Source: Octopus sinensis (taxonomy: Eukaryota). Taken from it: a DNA stretch of 64,000 nucleotides. Below the pieces are notes generated by a model. The model was not told the origin of the DNA. It was given only the letters and a program-made list of their open reading frames with translations, and did not search any database. Of this stretch, positions 1 to 12,134 are shown one piece after another. A program made the translations under genes and the position numbers. The stretch's first letter is position 1. Each line of letters opens with the position of its first letter. Location of the stretch: the NCBI RefSeq assembly GCF_006345805.1, contig NC_042999.1, positions 63,364,001 to 63,428,000 on the forward strand, written 5' to 3'.

Positions 1-207
1 GTGAATCTCAACTGTGGTTCCAGAAATTCTGAGCCAGAAACTACAGCTTAGAAGATGAACTTTGTCCTGGAAGATGTGTAGAGCTTGAAATGGATGTCCT
101 GCAAATACTTGAGAAACAAAATCTCATCGTAACTGTTGAGGAACTAGCAGAGTAGCTTGGATTTGGTCATTCAGCCAGTTACTCAAGTCAGTGCTAGAAG
201 AAACTGG
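1..207 (+). mobile_element. Mariner transposase pseudogene, N-terminal HTH part
   Basis: Frame from nt 3 reads ESQLWFQKF*ARNYSLEDELCPGRCVELEMDVLQILEKQNLIVTVEELAE*LGFGHS, matching mariner WF..F..G..SLED..RSGRP / T.RELA..LG..HS; two stops. Confidence 0.85.
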
Positions 208-990
208 GATCTAGTCAGATTGGCTGCCAGCATCAATCTGTTTGAATTGATTTCGGATTCAGTGTAATGATACACTTTTATTGGCTAATGAATGACATGA
301 AAATCGTTTTCACTATCAATCAATAAATAAAGAGTTATTGGAAATTAAAGTTTGAAAATTTTGGTAATTTTAGACAATCGTAAGCGACTGAGACATTCAT
401 GCCTGTTTCCATAGTGACAAGCAGAACATGAGAACTCTTTTATCTGCGAGAAAGCATGTGTTGACAAATACATTGAAACCACTTGTTTTACCTATCTGAT
501 GACAATTGAGTATGTGAATTTATGTAGTGCAGGATATATGAAAATTGTGATTTGTGCAAGACATTGATTGAATGCCTTTTTAATTTTCGTTTTCAATGAA
601 CTGGTCAACAAAATGTTTTCTTAAAATATTTAATTTGTAATGTGCTATTCTGTTTTCAGATAAATCTGTAAGTTTGTGCTATTGCATTAAATGCATAATG
701 AATGTTTAAAACTATAAAAGACATATTGTTTACAAATATTGACGTGTGCTATTTTCAGGATGTCGACTACAAAATGTGCAGTAATGCACAAAATGACAGC
801 TTCAAATCCTCTTTCCTGACTGGGTGAAAACAATCAAACTTTAAACCTCTATAACTTTTTCAAAACCTTTTTCTGGAAAAGGTGAAATAACTTTGGTAAT
901 TCAGCTTGGAAAAGTATGTTATTGTGCCAAATTTAAAAATTTTCGATAAACTTTAATTTTTGAAATGCTGGCAGCCAAACTAAGTAGATC
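208..990. mobile_element. ~780-bp MITE nested in the mariner
   Basis: Imperfect TIRs: GATCTAGTCAGATTGGCTGCCAGCATCAA (208-236) versus the reverse complement of 960-990 (GATCTACTTAGTTTGGCTGCCAGCATTTCAA); non-coding AT-rich interior; splits the transposase. Confidence 0.7.
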
Positions 991-991
991 T

Positions 992-1404
992 GAAAAATGA
1001 CCATCTTCGGTTTCAAGACGAAAAGTGTTCTTCCATCAGGATAATGCTCAGTCACATATTACAAAGATGACATTCCAAAGGCTGGAGTAGTTTGAATGAG
1101 AAACAATGCCCCACCCACCATATTCACTGGACATTGCCCCATCTGCTTATCATTTATTCTGCAGTCTTCGTTTGGACTGAAAAAATCTGAATTCTGTAGA
1201 CAAGGCCAAAACAGTATTGGAGGAGTATTTTTTGTCATGGACAAGTGAATTTTGGAAGAGGGGGCTTGCAAGTCTACCAGACAGATGGAAGAGCATTGTA
1301 GAAAATGTAGGAGAGTATATTTTAGATTAGAAAAGAACTTTGTTTATCTTAATTTTGAAAAATAAAAGAAGTATAAAACAACCACATTATTTATGGGATG
1401 ACCA
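992..1404 (+). mobile_element. Mariner transposase pseudogene, catalytic C-terminus plus probable 3' TIR
   Basis: 992-1330 reads ...RRKVFFHQDNAQSH...ETMPHPPYSLDIAPSAYHLF...SLPDRWKSIVENVGEYILD*, i.e. the HQDNA and PHPPYSPDLAPSDYHLF motifs with stops; ends TTATTTATGGGATGACCA followed by (TA)n. Confidence 0.9.
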
Positions 1405-1447
1405 TATATATATCTGTCTATCTATTATCTGTGTGTGTGTGTGTGTG

Positions 1448-2330
1448 TATGGTTGGCGTTAGGATCTCTGATCACGAGCAGAAGTAGTGGGGGAATATCA
1501 TAGCCATGTGTTGAAAGGAATTCTTTGGGGTTTCAATAATTCTCCTCTGGAAACATGGGTATTTCGTTGATCATCCTTAAACAACCCTTGTTCAGGGTCC
1601 TTTTGAGTTGGATGGGCTACTCTGCCTGAAGAAAATTCTAACAGGGCTCCACCTGCAAGGTCATGCCCTGTTTATCTTGATATGAGATCACCATGTCGCG
1701 CACATGTGGTTGTGATGTATGTGCCTGGTATACTCTTATCAGATTGGGAGTCATGATGGGCTTCGTATATTTTACCCCAGTGTCGATTTGATGGCATGCA
1801 CTGCTCTCTCACTCAATAATAATAATGATCAATGGCTCTCATAGCTTCTGATCTTAATTGATTGGAAGTGTTAACATCTACATGTTTTGTCTTGGTATAG
1901 AGGATGGGCTACAGCAAATATTCTGCTCAATACCACAAATTTGCTTGTCAGTTGTTTGACCTTAACCAGTTGAGCATGTCCCTTAGTGGCTGACGATATG
2001 TGCATCTCTGATCATGAGTAGAAGTAGTGAGGGAGCATCATAGCTATGTGTTGAGAGGAATTCTTTGGGGTTTGAATAATTCACCTCTGGAAACATGAGT
2101 GTTTCATTCATCATACTTAAAACAACACTTATTTGTGTGGGATAGGCTACTTGACCCAAAGAAAATTCTAACTGTGCCCCACCTGCAAAGTCATGTGTTG
2201 TTGACCTTGATATGAGGTCACCATGTCATACACATATGGTTGCATGTGCCTGGTGTACCCTTATATTAGGCTTTATATATTTGTGCCCCAGTGTCACTTT
2301 GATGGTATACACGGCTCTCTCACACAAAAA
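1448..2330. repeat. Two tandem copies (first one truncated) of an unclassified ~550-bp repeat bounded by (AAT)n
   Basis: 1448-1826 and 1830-2330 align with each other and with 26925-27480; each ends in (AAT/AAC)n. Confidence 0.8.
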
Positions 2331-2334
2331 TCAC

Positions 2335-2940
2335 AATGACAACAACAACAATAACAGTAATGACAATAATAATAATAACAACAACAACAACAACAACATA
2401 TACATATAAATACATACATACTTACATATAAATACATTCAAATACATATTTAAGCACACACACACCATACACATTTCGTATAAGTGTGCGTATAAATAAA
2501 TATACACACACCTGCATACACACAGACATTCTTTCTACACCCCTCTCTCTCATTTACGCACAAACACACACACATATAAACAAACATGCTTTGTCTCTCT
2601 CCTTCTCTCTCTCTCTCTCTCTCTCTCTCACTCACTCACTTACAAACACACAAATATACACATATACACACATCCTCTGTCTCTCTCTATCTCTCTATCT
2701 TCCTCCCCCCACTCTGTCAGTCTGTCTCTCTCTCTTTCTACATACAAACCAAACTCTACACATACTTGCATAAGTTATCACAAGCACTGTCTGTCTGTCT
2801 GTCTGTCTCTCTTTCTATATACAAACCAAACTCTACATATACTTGCATAAGTTATCACAACTACTGTCTGTCTGTCTGTCTGTCTCTTTTTCTACATACA
2901 AACCAAACTCTACACATACCTGCATAAGTTATCACAACCA

Positions 2941-2988
<48 letters not shown>

Positions 2989-3000
2989 TTCTCTCACTTT
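2335..3000. repeat. Compound microsatellite plus ~75-80-bp tandem repeat (three copies, ~2725-2990)
   Basis: (AAC/AAT)n, (CA)n, (CT)n, then unit CTTTCTACATACAAACCAAACTCTACACATACTTGCATAAGTTATCACAA..(CTGT)n three times. Confidence 0.9.
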
Positions 3001-3344
3001 CGGCATACATACCTGCATAAGCTATCAGAACCATAACTAAGCTGAAACAAATCTTTCTGCTGCATGAGTTTCTGATGAAAAGATTTTTGGAATTCTTCAG
3101 ATTCCCCCAAGCTTCCTGCATGGTTTTATTTCTTTTCAAATGAACTATGCTTTGTTTGAAAAGCAGAATACTATCAAGAGCTCCAAATTTCTAGGAATCT
3201 CGACATTTTTTATATTTCCCCTCCCCCAATTCTACTCCACCTCTACCTTTTATTAAAGCAAATTTGAAACTAAATTAAATTTTATTGTATGAAATTTATA
3301 TTTCCTCTTCATTTAGTTTCATTTAGAATTCTTGCAATATTTTT

Positions 3345-3600
3345 CATACACACACACACAATCTCACACACACACATACACTCACACATACAAACATATA
3401 TACACACACACACGCATTCACTCAAATGTCCTCTCACATACACATATTCATACACACACAAACACAGTCACACATATACATATTCATAGACATACTCACA
3501 CACACACACTTTCTATCTCACACATACACATGCACACACACTCTGCCTCATACACACACACACACACACCGTAACACTGAAGTACACACAAACACTGTCT
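3345..3600. repeat. Imperfect (CA)n microsatellite
   Basis: Direct inspection. Confidence 0.95.
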
Positions 3601-4139
3601 ATTTTCTTACAAGATAATAGGATGCAATTTGATGGAAACTTGGTTACTATTTCTAGCAGAACAAGTGACTACATTGAGGTTCCCTCTTTGGGTTCTCCAA
3701 AATCAGTTCCTCTCCACATGTAGATAGTTAAACTTTAAAACTCCCAGAAAACTCCAGATATATTGACCATGTGTCTAGAACTTTCATCCAAACAGCAATT
3801 GGCAATAAAGAGGGTTTCCAGTATTGTGATGGATTTAGAAAAGCTTTCAAAACCTGAGTTGCCCCCACAGTTTCTGCAGGAAGAAAAGCATCTCTGATGC
3901 TTATTTCATCTGTCTTTTATAATAAGCAGTATGACTTTTACAAGAATTGGCGAGGATGGGCTCAGAACAGTTTTAGCCAGCTATATCTGGTTCTGCATGA
4001 TCTCTGTGTTATGTAACTATCAGTATCAGTAAAGAGTGAGACAACATTAGTCTTTTACCAGTTTCATTTCAAGAGCAGCAGTTATGCGTGAGCACTGCTT
4101 TTAGTTTTGCTACACTTTCATTGCTTGAAAACCTTCTCT

Positions 4140-4368
4140 GATATGTGGCATTTGGTGAACGAGGGAGTTTGATGTGGTTATCCTCATTTGTATTTCCTGT
4201 CATGAGGTAAGTTCATCCAGAACTCTTGACAGGATGAGATCCAGTTTTGTTTTGAAGACACATCTACCTATTGTAGGTCTCCTAGGCTTTTGGGGAAGAA
4301 TATTGAAGAACTGTGGACTGTTGAAACCCAAGCAGTATCAGTCTCTGATCTTGTTCTTAGATATAAAA
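4140..4368 (-). mobile_element. Degenerate CR1/L2-group LINE ORF2 C-terminal fragment
   Basis: Minus strand reads SPQFFNILPQ..(frameshift)..VFKTKLDLILSRVLDELTS, like the GP.LFN.LP...FK..LD..L..VPD.P end of CR1/L2-type ORF2; similar to 7640-8223. Confidence 0.6.
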
Positions 4369-4370
4369 TA

Positions 4371-4408
<38 letters not shown>

Positions 4409-4446
4409 TATAGATATATATATATATATATAATATATATAATATC

Positions 4447-4502
<56 letters not shown>

Positions 4503-4533
4503 TATATATATATATATAATATATATGTATATA

Positions 4534-4579
<46 letters not shown>

Positions 4580-4588
4580 TATATATAT

Positions 4589-4643
<55 letters not shown>

Positions 4644-4670
4644 ATATATATATATATATATTTATTATAT

Positions 4671-4975
4671 AGAAGGAGCTTCTACAGGACTAGAACTGTT
4701 TCATTCAAGAGAAATCTTCAGGAAGCTAGTAAACAAATTGTTTATTGGCATTTATACATTTAGGCAGGTTTAAGGGGTGTTGGTGGGGGACTTTTTGGGG
4801 GTAGGCATAGCGCAAAATATCATACTTGGGGGAGTGGTCAAGGAGTCAGTGTTAAATTAGATAGAAGAATAAATAAAAAATTTTAAAAATATATAAAAAA
4901 ATATATAAAAATATATATAAAAAAAGGGAATAGAGTTTTTAGGTAAATAAGGAGATTCTCACTTATACCTATGCA
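4671..4975 (-). mobile_element. PLE pseudo-LTR-like island embedded in (TA)n
   Basis: ~300-bp non-simple island carrying an HHR motif at its minus-strand 3' end, directly followed by (TA)n. Confidence 0.55.
4677..4727 (-). ncRNA. Type-I hammerhead ribozyme
   Basis: Minus strand: AGCTTC-CTGAAGA-T TTC TCTT GAA T-GAA-ACAG TTCTAGTC CTGT-A-GAAGCT. Stem I 6 bp perfect, stem III 4 bp, GUA cleavage triplet; stem II short with U-U at its base. Confidence 0.75.
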
Positions 4976-5305
4976 CATATGTATACATATATACACACAC
5001 ATACAAACATATATACATATACATACACACATACGTACACCACACATATATACATATATATACACTTACACATACATATACATATCTACACATACACATA
5101 TATGTATACATACCACATAACACACACTCACATGCATACACGTATACACACATGTATATTACACACACGACCACACATACATATACACACAGAAAAATAT
5201 ATATACACATACACACACATACACGCATACACACACATATGCACACACAGCACACTAGTCCCTATATACACATATATACACATACCACAATATCACAACA
5301 CATAC

Positions 5306-5363
<58 letters not shown>

Positions 5364-5821
5364 GTGTACCTATGCATACCTACACATACACACATTATAT
5401 ACACATACAAATACAGACCCATTCCCTAATTTAATTTTATTATCTTCATTTATTACTTTTGTTATCTTTGATCGCTGGTCACAAACATCTTGGCTATGAC
5501 AGCCAGTCCATTTATCTGTCTACTGGAAAACAAGCACTCATTACTCACGCACACTCTTTAGCACGTACACTCACTCATTCGAACACTCATACACATACAC
5601 GCACGCACGCGTTATATTCATACATACATACATCTACATACATTCCATATATACACATACGTACGCGTACCTACAGATTCATGTCTACACTCTTAGAAGG
5701 CTAGTCTATACATATACACCAATAAATATAAATACACACACATACATATACACCTACATACAAATACATACATGTATATATATATATACATATACATACA
5801 TATTCACATATATATACATAC

Positions 5822-5852
<31 letters not shown>

Positions 5853-6089
5853 CATATACATACATATACACATATACATATATATATATATACATATACA
5901 CACACATACACATACATACATATACACACATACACATACATACGTATACATACATCCATACATCCATACATACATACATTATACACATACACACACCCCA
6001 CACGTATACATATACGTACATATATATACGCGCATGCATACACATACAAATACATACACATACGCATATACATATACATACATACACAT

Positions 6090-6122
<33 letters not shown>

Positions 6123-6531
6123 ATATATATATACATATATATATATACATACACACACATACATATACATACATACATATACAAATATACGCACACACAT
6201 ACATACATACTCATATACACATACACGCACATACACATGTACATGCGTACCCATACACACACACACACGCGCATCCATATATACACATAAGTACACACAT
6301 GCGTAAAAGTATACATATATCTATGCTTACACATACACACACACACACGTGCCTCCTTATATTCATACTTACATGCATACTCAAAAAATAAGTAAATAGT
6401 AAAATATATATACGCGCAGTTATTCATACATGCATACTCAAAAAATAAATAATAATATTAAGTATATGTACGTGCAGTTACCTATTATATAGACGGATAC
6501 ATAACATATAAACTTACACACACACACACAC

Positions 6532-6573
<42 letters not shown>

Positions 6574-6820
6574 TACACACATATATATACATATACATAT
6601 ATACATATATATATACACACACATATACACATATATATATATATATATATACTTACACACACATGTACAAATACATACACACATAGATAACTCTATGTAC
6701 CTACATATACATAAACACACGAGCGTACACGTATATGTACATATACACATACACATACACACGCATATATATACATACATACATACACATACACACATAT
6801 ATACACACACACACACATAC

Positions 6821-6881
<61 letters not shown>

Positions 6882-7279
6882 TATACATGTGTGCAAACAT
6901 ACATACATACTCATACACGCACACACACTTACACACATATATATACATACACATATACATACATACATACATACATATATGCATACATACACACACACAT
7001 ATATATATATACATACATACACATACACATACCTATACATATATATACACACATATATACACATGCACATACTTATATCTCTACATACTCGCATATACAC
7101 ATAACTCTACATACCTACATATACATCGACATACTCGCGTACACTCATATATATACACATATATACATATACACACACACATACATATACATATACATAT
7201 ATATATATATATATAAATATATACATAATACACATATACACACACATACATATATATACATATATATGTATACACACAC

Positions 7280-7356
<77 letters not shown>

Positions 7357-7558
7357 ATATATATATAATATATATAATTTATGTATTATATATATGTATA
7401 TATATATATGTATATATATATATGTATATATATATTATAGTAATATATGTATATATATAATATGTAATATAATATGTATATATATATATGTATAATATAT
7501 GTATATATATATATGTATATATATATATGTATATATATATATGTATATATATATAATG

Positions 7559-7639
<81 letters not shown>

Positions 7640-8222
7640 TTTGAAATACTTTGAAAGGTTTCGCCATTATTGGCCCAGGCCATGTCTAACTTAATAGCAC
7701 CACCTGGTGAAGTCTTTCAAGTCAGAATTTGGGCACTATGGCCCACTCAAGTAGAGAGTTATTGTTTACAGAGACATATCCGGGTGTAGGGGGTTTATCC
7801 GGGATTTCTTGAAGGAATCTGTCCAAGAGACTTCTTGAACCCTATAGGGTCAGTTTCTGTTTTAATGTGTTTTGGTGTAATGTTAAGAGAGCGGGGCCAA
7901 TTGAGGTGAAATAATTGTGCCGTATTGTTTTGTTATGAGATGAGAGTGCGATTTTTTATTTGGGCGGATGGCACGGGGCCCAAGCCTTGGATGTACCTTA
8001 AAGGTGATGCCAACATCATTTGGGCAATGCTGATGGAATATTTTCCACATCATGCAGATGATGTAGCGCTCACGACGACGTTGGAGAGAATAGAGTTTTA
8101 GCTTTTCTAGCCGACCCCAATATCGAGGCCTGTCATGCCATCTATCTTTTTGTGATTGCCCTTTGAGGTGCTTCAACTTTTATGATACCTTGTATTGTGT
8201 GGGGAGACCACAGTGGACAACA

Positions 8223-8223
<1 letters not shown>
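7640..8223 (-). mobile_element. 5'-truncated CR1/L2-group LINE 3' end with 3'UTR and short tandem tail
   Basis: Reads CCPLWSPH..QRAITK, YWGRLEKLKLYSLQRRRERYIICMMWKIF, GPALFNITPKHIK..FKKS/LDRFLQEIPDKP; tail (TTTCAAAGTA)2 runs into (TA)n. Confidence 0.85.
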
Positions 8224-8262
<39 letters not shown>

Positions 8263-8269
8263 TATATAA

Positions 8270-8735
8270 CAATTAAGGAGTGACCCTAACAGGTCATTCG
8301 TCCACCAGAAAGAGCAGCCATACTCACACCGCCAGTAGTTAATTCAGAATTAGGTGAAAATTTAAAAACATTACCCCAATTCATCTTTTAGACGTTGCAA
8401 CGTTTCCTGTGTCATTAATGATATAAATTAGCTTAATTAAATTAAATTAAGCCAATCTACCATAGGTTACACTTCATCAGTAAAAAACCTGGGAGAGACC
8501 AATACACACGCGTCTGTATCGATGCCTACGGAATATAGTCTTTAAATTTTCAAGACTGACGTATTCGCGCCAAACTTATCAGCATAAATATAAACTGCCG
8601 ATTCAATCTCAGAATTATCAGAAAATTATCAATTAGTCAATTTAGGGTAGCAAAAAATTTCAATAGAAATTTATATCGCTACCAGCGATAAATTTCTATT
8701 GAGTTTTTTTGCTACCCTAATTGACTAAAATAATA
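8270..8735 (-). mobile_element. Non-autonomous PLE/retrozyme-like element between (TA)n tracts
   Basis: Minus-strand order: 96-bp palindrome (8633-8728), HHR (8383-8488), ~110-nt tail, (TA)n; no ORF. Confidence 0.6.
8383..8488 (-). ncRNA. Type-I hammerhead ribozyme with extended stem II
   Basis: GTTTTTTA-CTGATGA-A GTGT..ATTGGCTTAATT/AATTAAGCTAAT..ACAC AG-GAA-ACGTT GC AACGT-C-TAAAAGAT; stem I ~8 bp, palindromic stem III, GUC triplet. Confidence 0.8.
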
Positions 8736-8865
8736 TATATAGATATACATATATAATATATATATTACATATATACAGATATAATATACATATATACATA
8801 TATATATACATATATACATATATATATATATGTATATATATACATATATACATATATACATATAA

Positions 8866-9592
8866 CGCCAACCACTCCGAGAGTGTATGGTGGTGTTGAT
8901 TTTATTTGCCACCGACACAGGTGCCAGACGAGGCTGGCAGACAGCCACGCTCGGATGGTGTTTTTTATGTGCCACCGACACAGGTGCCAGACGAGGCTGG
9001 CAGACAGCCACGCTCGGATGGTGTTTTTTATGTGTGCCACCGACACAGGTGCCAGATGAGGCCGGCTGACGGCCACACTCGGATGGTGTTTTCTTATGTG
9101 TCACCGACACAGGTGCCAGACGGGGCTGGCGACGGGCCACGCTCGGATGGTGTTTGTTATGTGCCCTCAGCACGGAGGCCAGTCGTTGCGGTACTGACTA
9201 CGATCACGTTCGGATGGTTTTCTTATGTGCCACCGGCACTGGTACCACAAGGATACAAATTCCATTGATGTTCATCTATTTTGATTTGGTTCGATTTGAT
9301 TTGATTTGATTTGATTCGATTCTCACTTGCCTCAAAAGGTCTTCACAAGTGTCACAAGAAGGAAGGTATGCACAGGTGGACTGACTACGTCCCAGGTAGG
9401 GGCCACGGATTATGGCTTCACTAGTCTTGCCAGGTCTTCTCACGGACAGCATACTTCCATAGGTCTTGGTCTCTAGTCATTTCCATGGTGAGACCTAAAG
9501 TCCGAAGGTCGTGCTTCACCACTTCGTCCCAGGTTTTCCTGGGTCTACCTCTTCCACGGGTTCCCTCAACTGCTAGGGATTGGCACTTTCTC
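8866..9592 (-). mobile_element. RTE LINE ORF end plus 3'UTR with ~four 62-bp repeat units; terminal tail missing
   Basis: Reverse complement encodes KCQSLAVEGTRGRGRPRKTWDEVVKHDL; 3'UTR closely matches 22662-23793. Confidence 0.9.
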
Positions 9593-9672
9593 ATATATAT
9601 ATATATATATATATATCAAAATCAATCAAATCAAATATATAAACGTCTATATATATATATATATATATACAT

Positions 9673-9710
<38 letters not shown>

Positions 9711-9712
<2 letters not shown>

Positions 9713-10430
9713 CGTCGTTTAACGTCTGTTCTCCATGCTAGCATGGGTTGGACGGTTTGACTGGGGTTCTGGGAATCCAGAAGGCTGCACCAGGCTCCAG
9801 TCTAATCTGGCAATGTTTCTACAGCTGGATGCCCTTCCTAACGCCAACCACTCCGTGAGTGTAGTGGGTGCTTTTTACGTGCCACCTGCACAGGTGCCAG
9901 GCGGGGCTGGCAACGGCCACGGTCAGATTGGTGTATTTTATGTGCCACCGGCACGGAAGCCAGTCGAGGCGGTGCTGGCATCGGCCACGGGTCGGATAGT
10001 GCTTTTTACGTACCACCAGACCAGGGATCCTGGCTGGTTCAATTCGATTTCGATTTCGCTTGCCCCAACATGTCTTCACAAGCAAAGGGGGTTGGCATGG
10101 GTGCCTGTCGTACGGTCGCATTGGAGTATTTTACGTACCACGGCCACGAGTCGGATAGTGCTTTTTACGTACCACCAGACCAGGGATCCTGGCTGGTTCA
10201 ATTCGATTTCGATTTCACTTGCCCCAACATGTCTTCACAAGCAACGGGGGTTGGCTGGCATGGGTGCCTGTCGTACGGTCGCATTGGAGTATTTTACGTG
10301 CCACGGCCACGAGTCGGATAGTGCTTTTTACGTACCACCAGGCCAGGGATCCTGGCTGGTTCAATTCGGTTTCGATTTCGCTTGCCCCAACATGTCTTCG
10401 CAAGCATGGGGGGTTGGCATGGGTGTCTGT
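9711..10430 (-). mobile_element. RTE-type 3'UTR/tail with ~160-bp tandem triplication running into the gap
   Basis: Starts with the conserved end TTTAACGTC...CCATGCTAGCATGGGTTGGA; unit starts at 9984, 10142, 10304. Confidence 0.85.
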
Positions 10431-10530
10431 NNNNNNNNNNNNNNNNNNNNNNNNNNNNNNNNNNNNNNNNNNNNNNNNNNNNNNNNNNNNNNNNNNNNNN
10501 NNNNNNNNNNNNNNNNNNNNNNNNNNNNNN
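10431..10530. other. Assembly gap (100 N)
   Basis: Run of N. Confidence 1.
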
Positions 10531-10544
10531 ATATAATATCATCA

Positions 10545-10760
10545 TTATCATCATCATCATCGTTTAACGTCCGCTTTCTATGCTAGCATGGGTTGGACAA
10601 TTTGACTGAGGTCTGGCAAACCAGATGGCTGCACCAGACTCCAATCTGACCTAGCAGAGTTTCTACAGCTGGATACCCTTCCTAACACCAACCACTCTAA
10701 GAGTGCAGTGGGTGCTTTTACGTTCCACCGGCATGAGGGCCAGTCAGGTGGTACTGGAAA
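10545..10760 (-). mobile_element. RTE-type 3' tail fragment
   Basis: (CAT)n plus TTTAACGTCCGCTTTC..GGATACCCTTCCTAAC..GGGTGCTTTTACG. Confidence 0.85.
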
Positions 10761-11024
10761 ATTATATATATATTATATACATACACACACACACATATAC
10801 ACACACACATATCGCTCACAGGTGAGAATCAGAAATTCTCTGTATAGAAGACAGTTCAAAATATTCAAACTTAGACTCCGATTTCTTTACAGGGGATCAT
10901 TCTACAGAGAAAAGAAAGGCTATAAGAGGAATCAGGTTGAGTGGATATAGAAATAATTATTGGGATAAGCAAATTAAACACATCAAATATATTAAATATA
11001 TTAAGTACATCAAATACAATATAT

Positions 11025-11680
11025 GTATAGACCCAGGAAGACATGGGATGAGGTGGTCAAGCATGACCTTCGAACGTTGTGCCTCACAGAAGCAATGATG
11101 AAAGACCGAGACCTCTGGAGATATGCAGTGACTGCGAAGACCCAACAAATAAAGTGAGTTCATGGCTGTATCCTACACCAACTTCACATAACCAGCCCCA
11201 GCCCATTCAAAGGACCTTGGATCGCAGAACGGCCTGCTGTGCTTACCTTGGATTCTAGGGCGACCTGTTGTGCATGAGGAGACCAATTGAGTAAGTACAT
11301 CAACATCAAAATAAAAATCAAATGGAAATTGTAGTTGTGATACCCGTGCCGGTGGCACATAAAAAGCACCATCCGAATGTGGCCGATGCCAGCGCTGCCT
11401 TGACTGGCTTCCGTGCTGGTGGCACATAAAAAGCACCAACTGATTGTGGCTGTTGCCAGCCCCCTCTGGCACCTGTGCCAGTGGAACGTAAAAAGCACCC
11501 ACTACACTTACGGAGTGGTTGGCGTTAGGAAGGGCATCCAACTGTAGAAACACTGCCAGATCAGACTGGAGCCTGGTGCAGCCTCCTGGCTTCCCAGACC
11601 CCGGTCGAACCGTCCAACCCATGCTAGCATGGAAAACAGACGTTAAATGATGAGGATGATGATGATAATGATGGTGATGT
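11025..11680 (+). mobile_element. RTE LINE 3' end, different 3'UTR subfamily
   Basis: RPRKTWDEVVKHDLRTL..WRYAVTAKT, then 3'UTR with AGGAAGGGCATCC and (GAT)n tail. Confidence 0.85.
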
Positions 11681-12043
11681 ATACATGCAAAACAAAAGAA
11701 AGTGAAAAGTGGAAGTTTTCAGATGATGACTGATGAATTTATATGTATAAATATATATATATATTTATAAATAGGTCCAACTTATACAAAGTACAAATGA
11801 CAAATGAAAAGTACAAATGACAAATGAAAGATTGAACTTTGACCCTTCCATCTTTGAACTTCTCTGCATTAAGATCTGAAATGTAAGCTCTTCTTTACTC
11901 TGATGAAGAAGGCACCTCTCATTCTATGTTAAATGCATCCATACAATTGCATTTTGTGATGGACTAAATCTACCAACATACAAGTTATCCCTTAGATGGT
12001 TATTACGGCCTCTAACTTAACCTCACCTATATATAAATATATT

Positions 12044-12098
<55 letters not shown>

Positions 12099-12134
12099 TA
12101 TACACACACACACACACACATATATATACATCAT

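Larger units (their letters stand above)
4370..7640. repeat. ~3.3-kb (TA)n/(CA)n/(TACA)n microsatellite field with small non-simple islands
   Basis: Direct inspection; source of dozens of YI/HT/CV pseudo-ORFs. Confidence 0.97.

Noticed and set aside
2212-7683. Dozens of long YI/HT/CV/LS-rich ORFs (also at 16102, 31495, 32275, 62088)
   Set aside because: Translations of (TA)n, (CA)n, (GA)n and (GACA)n; no coding complexity.
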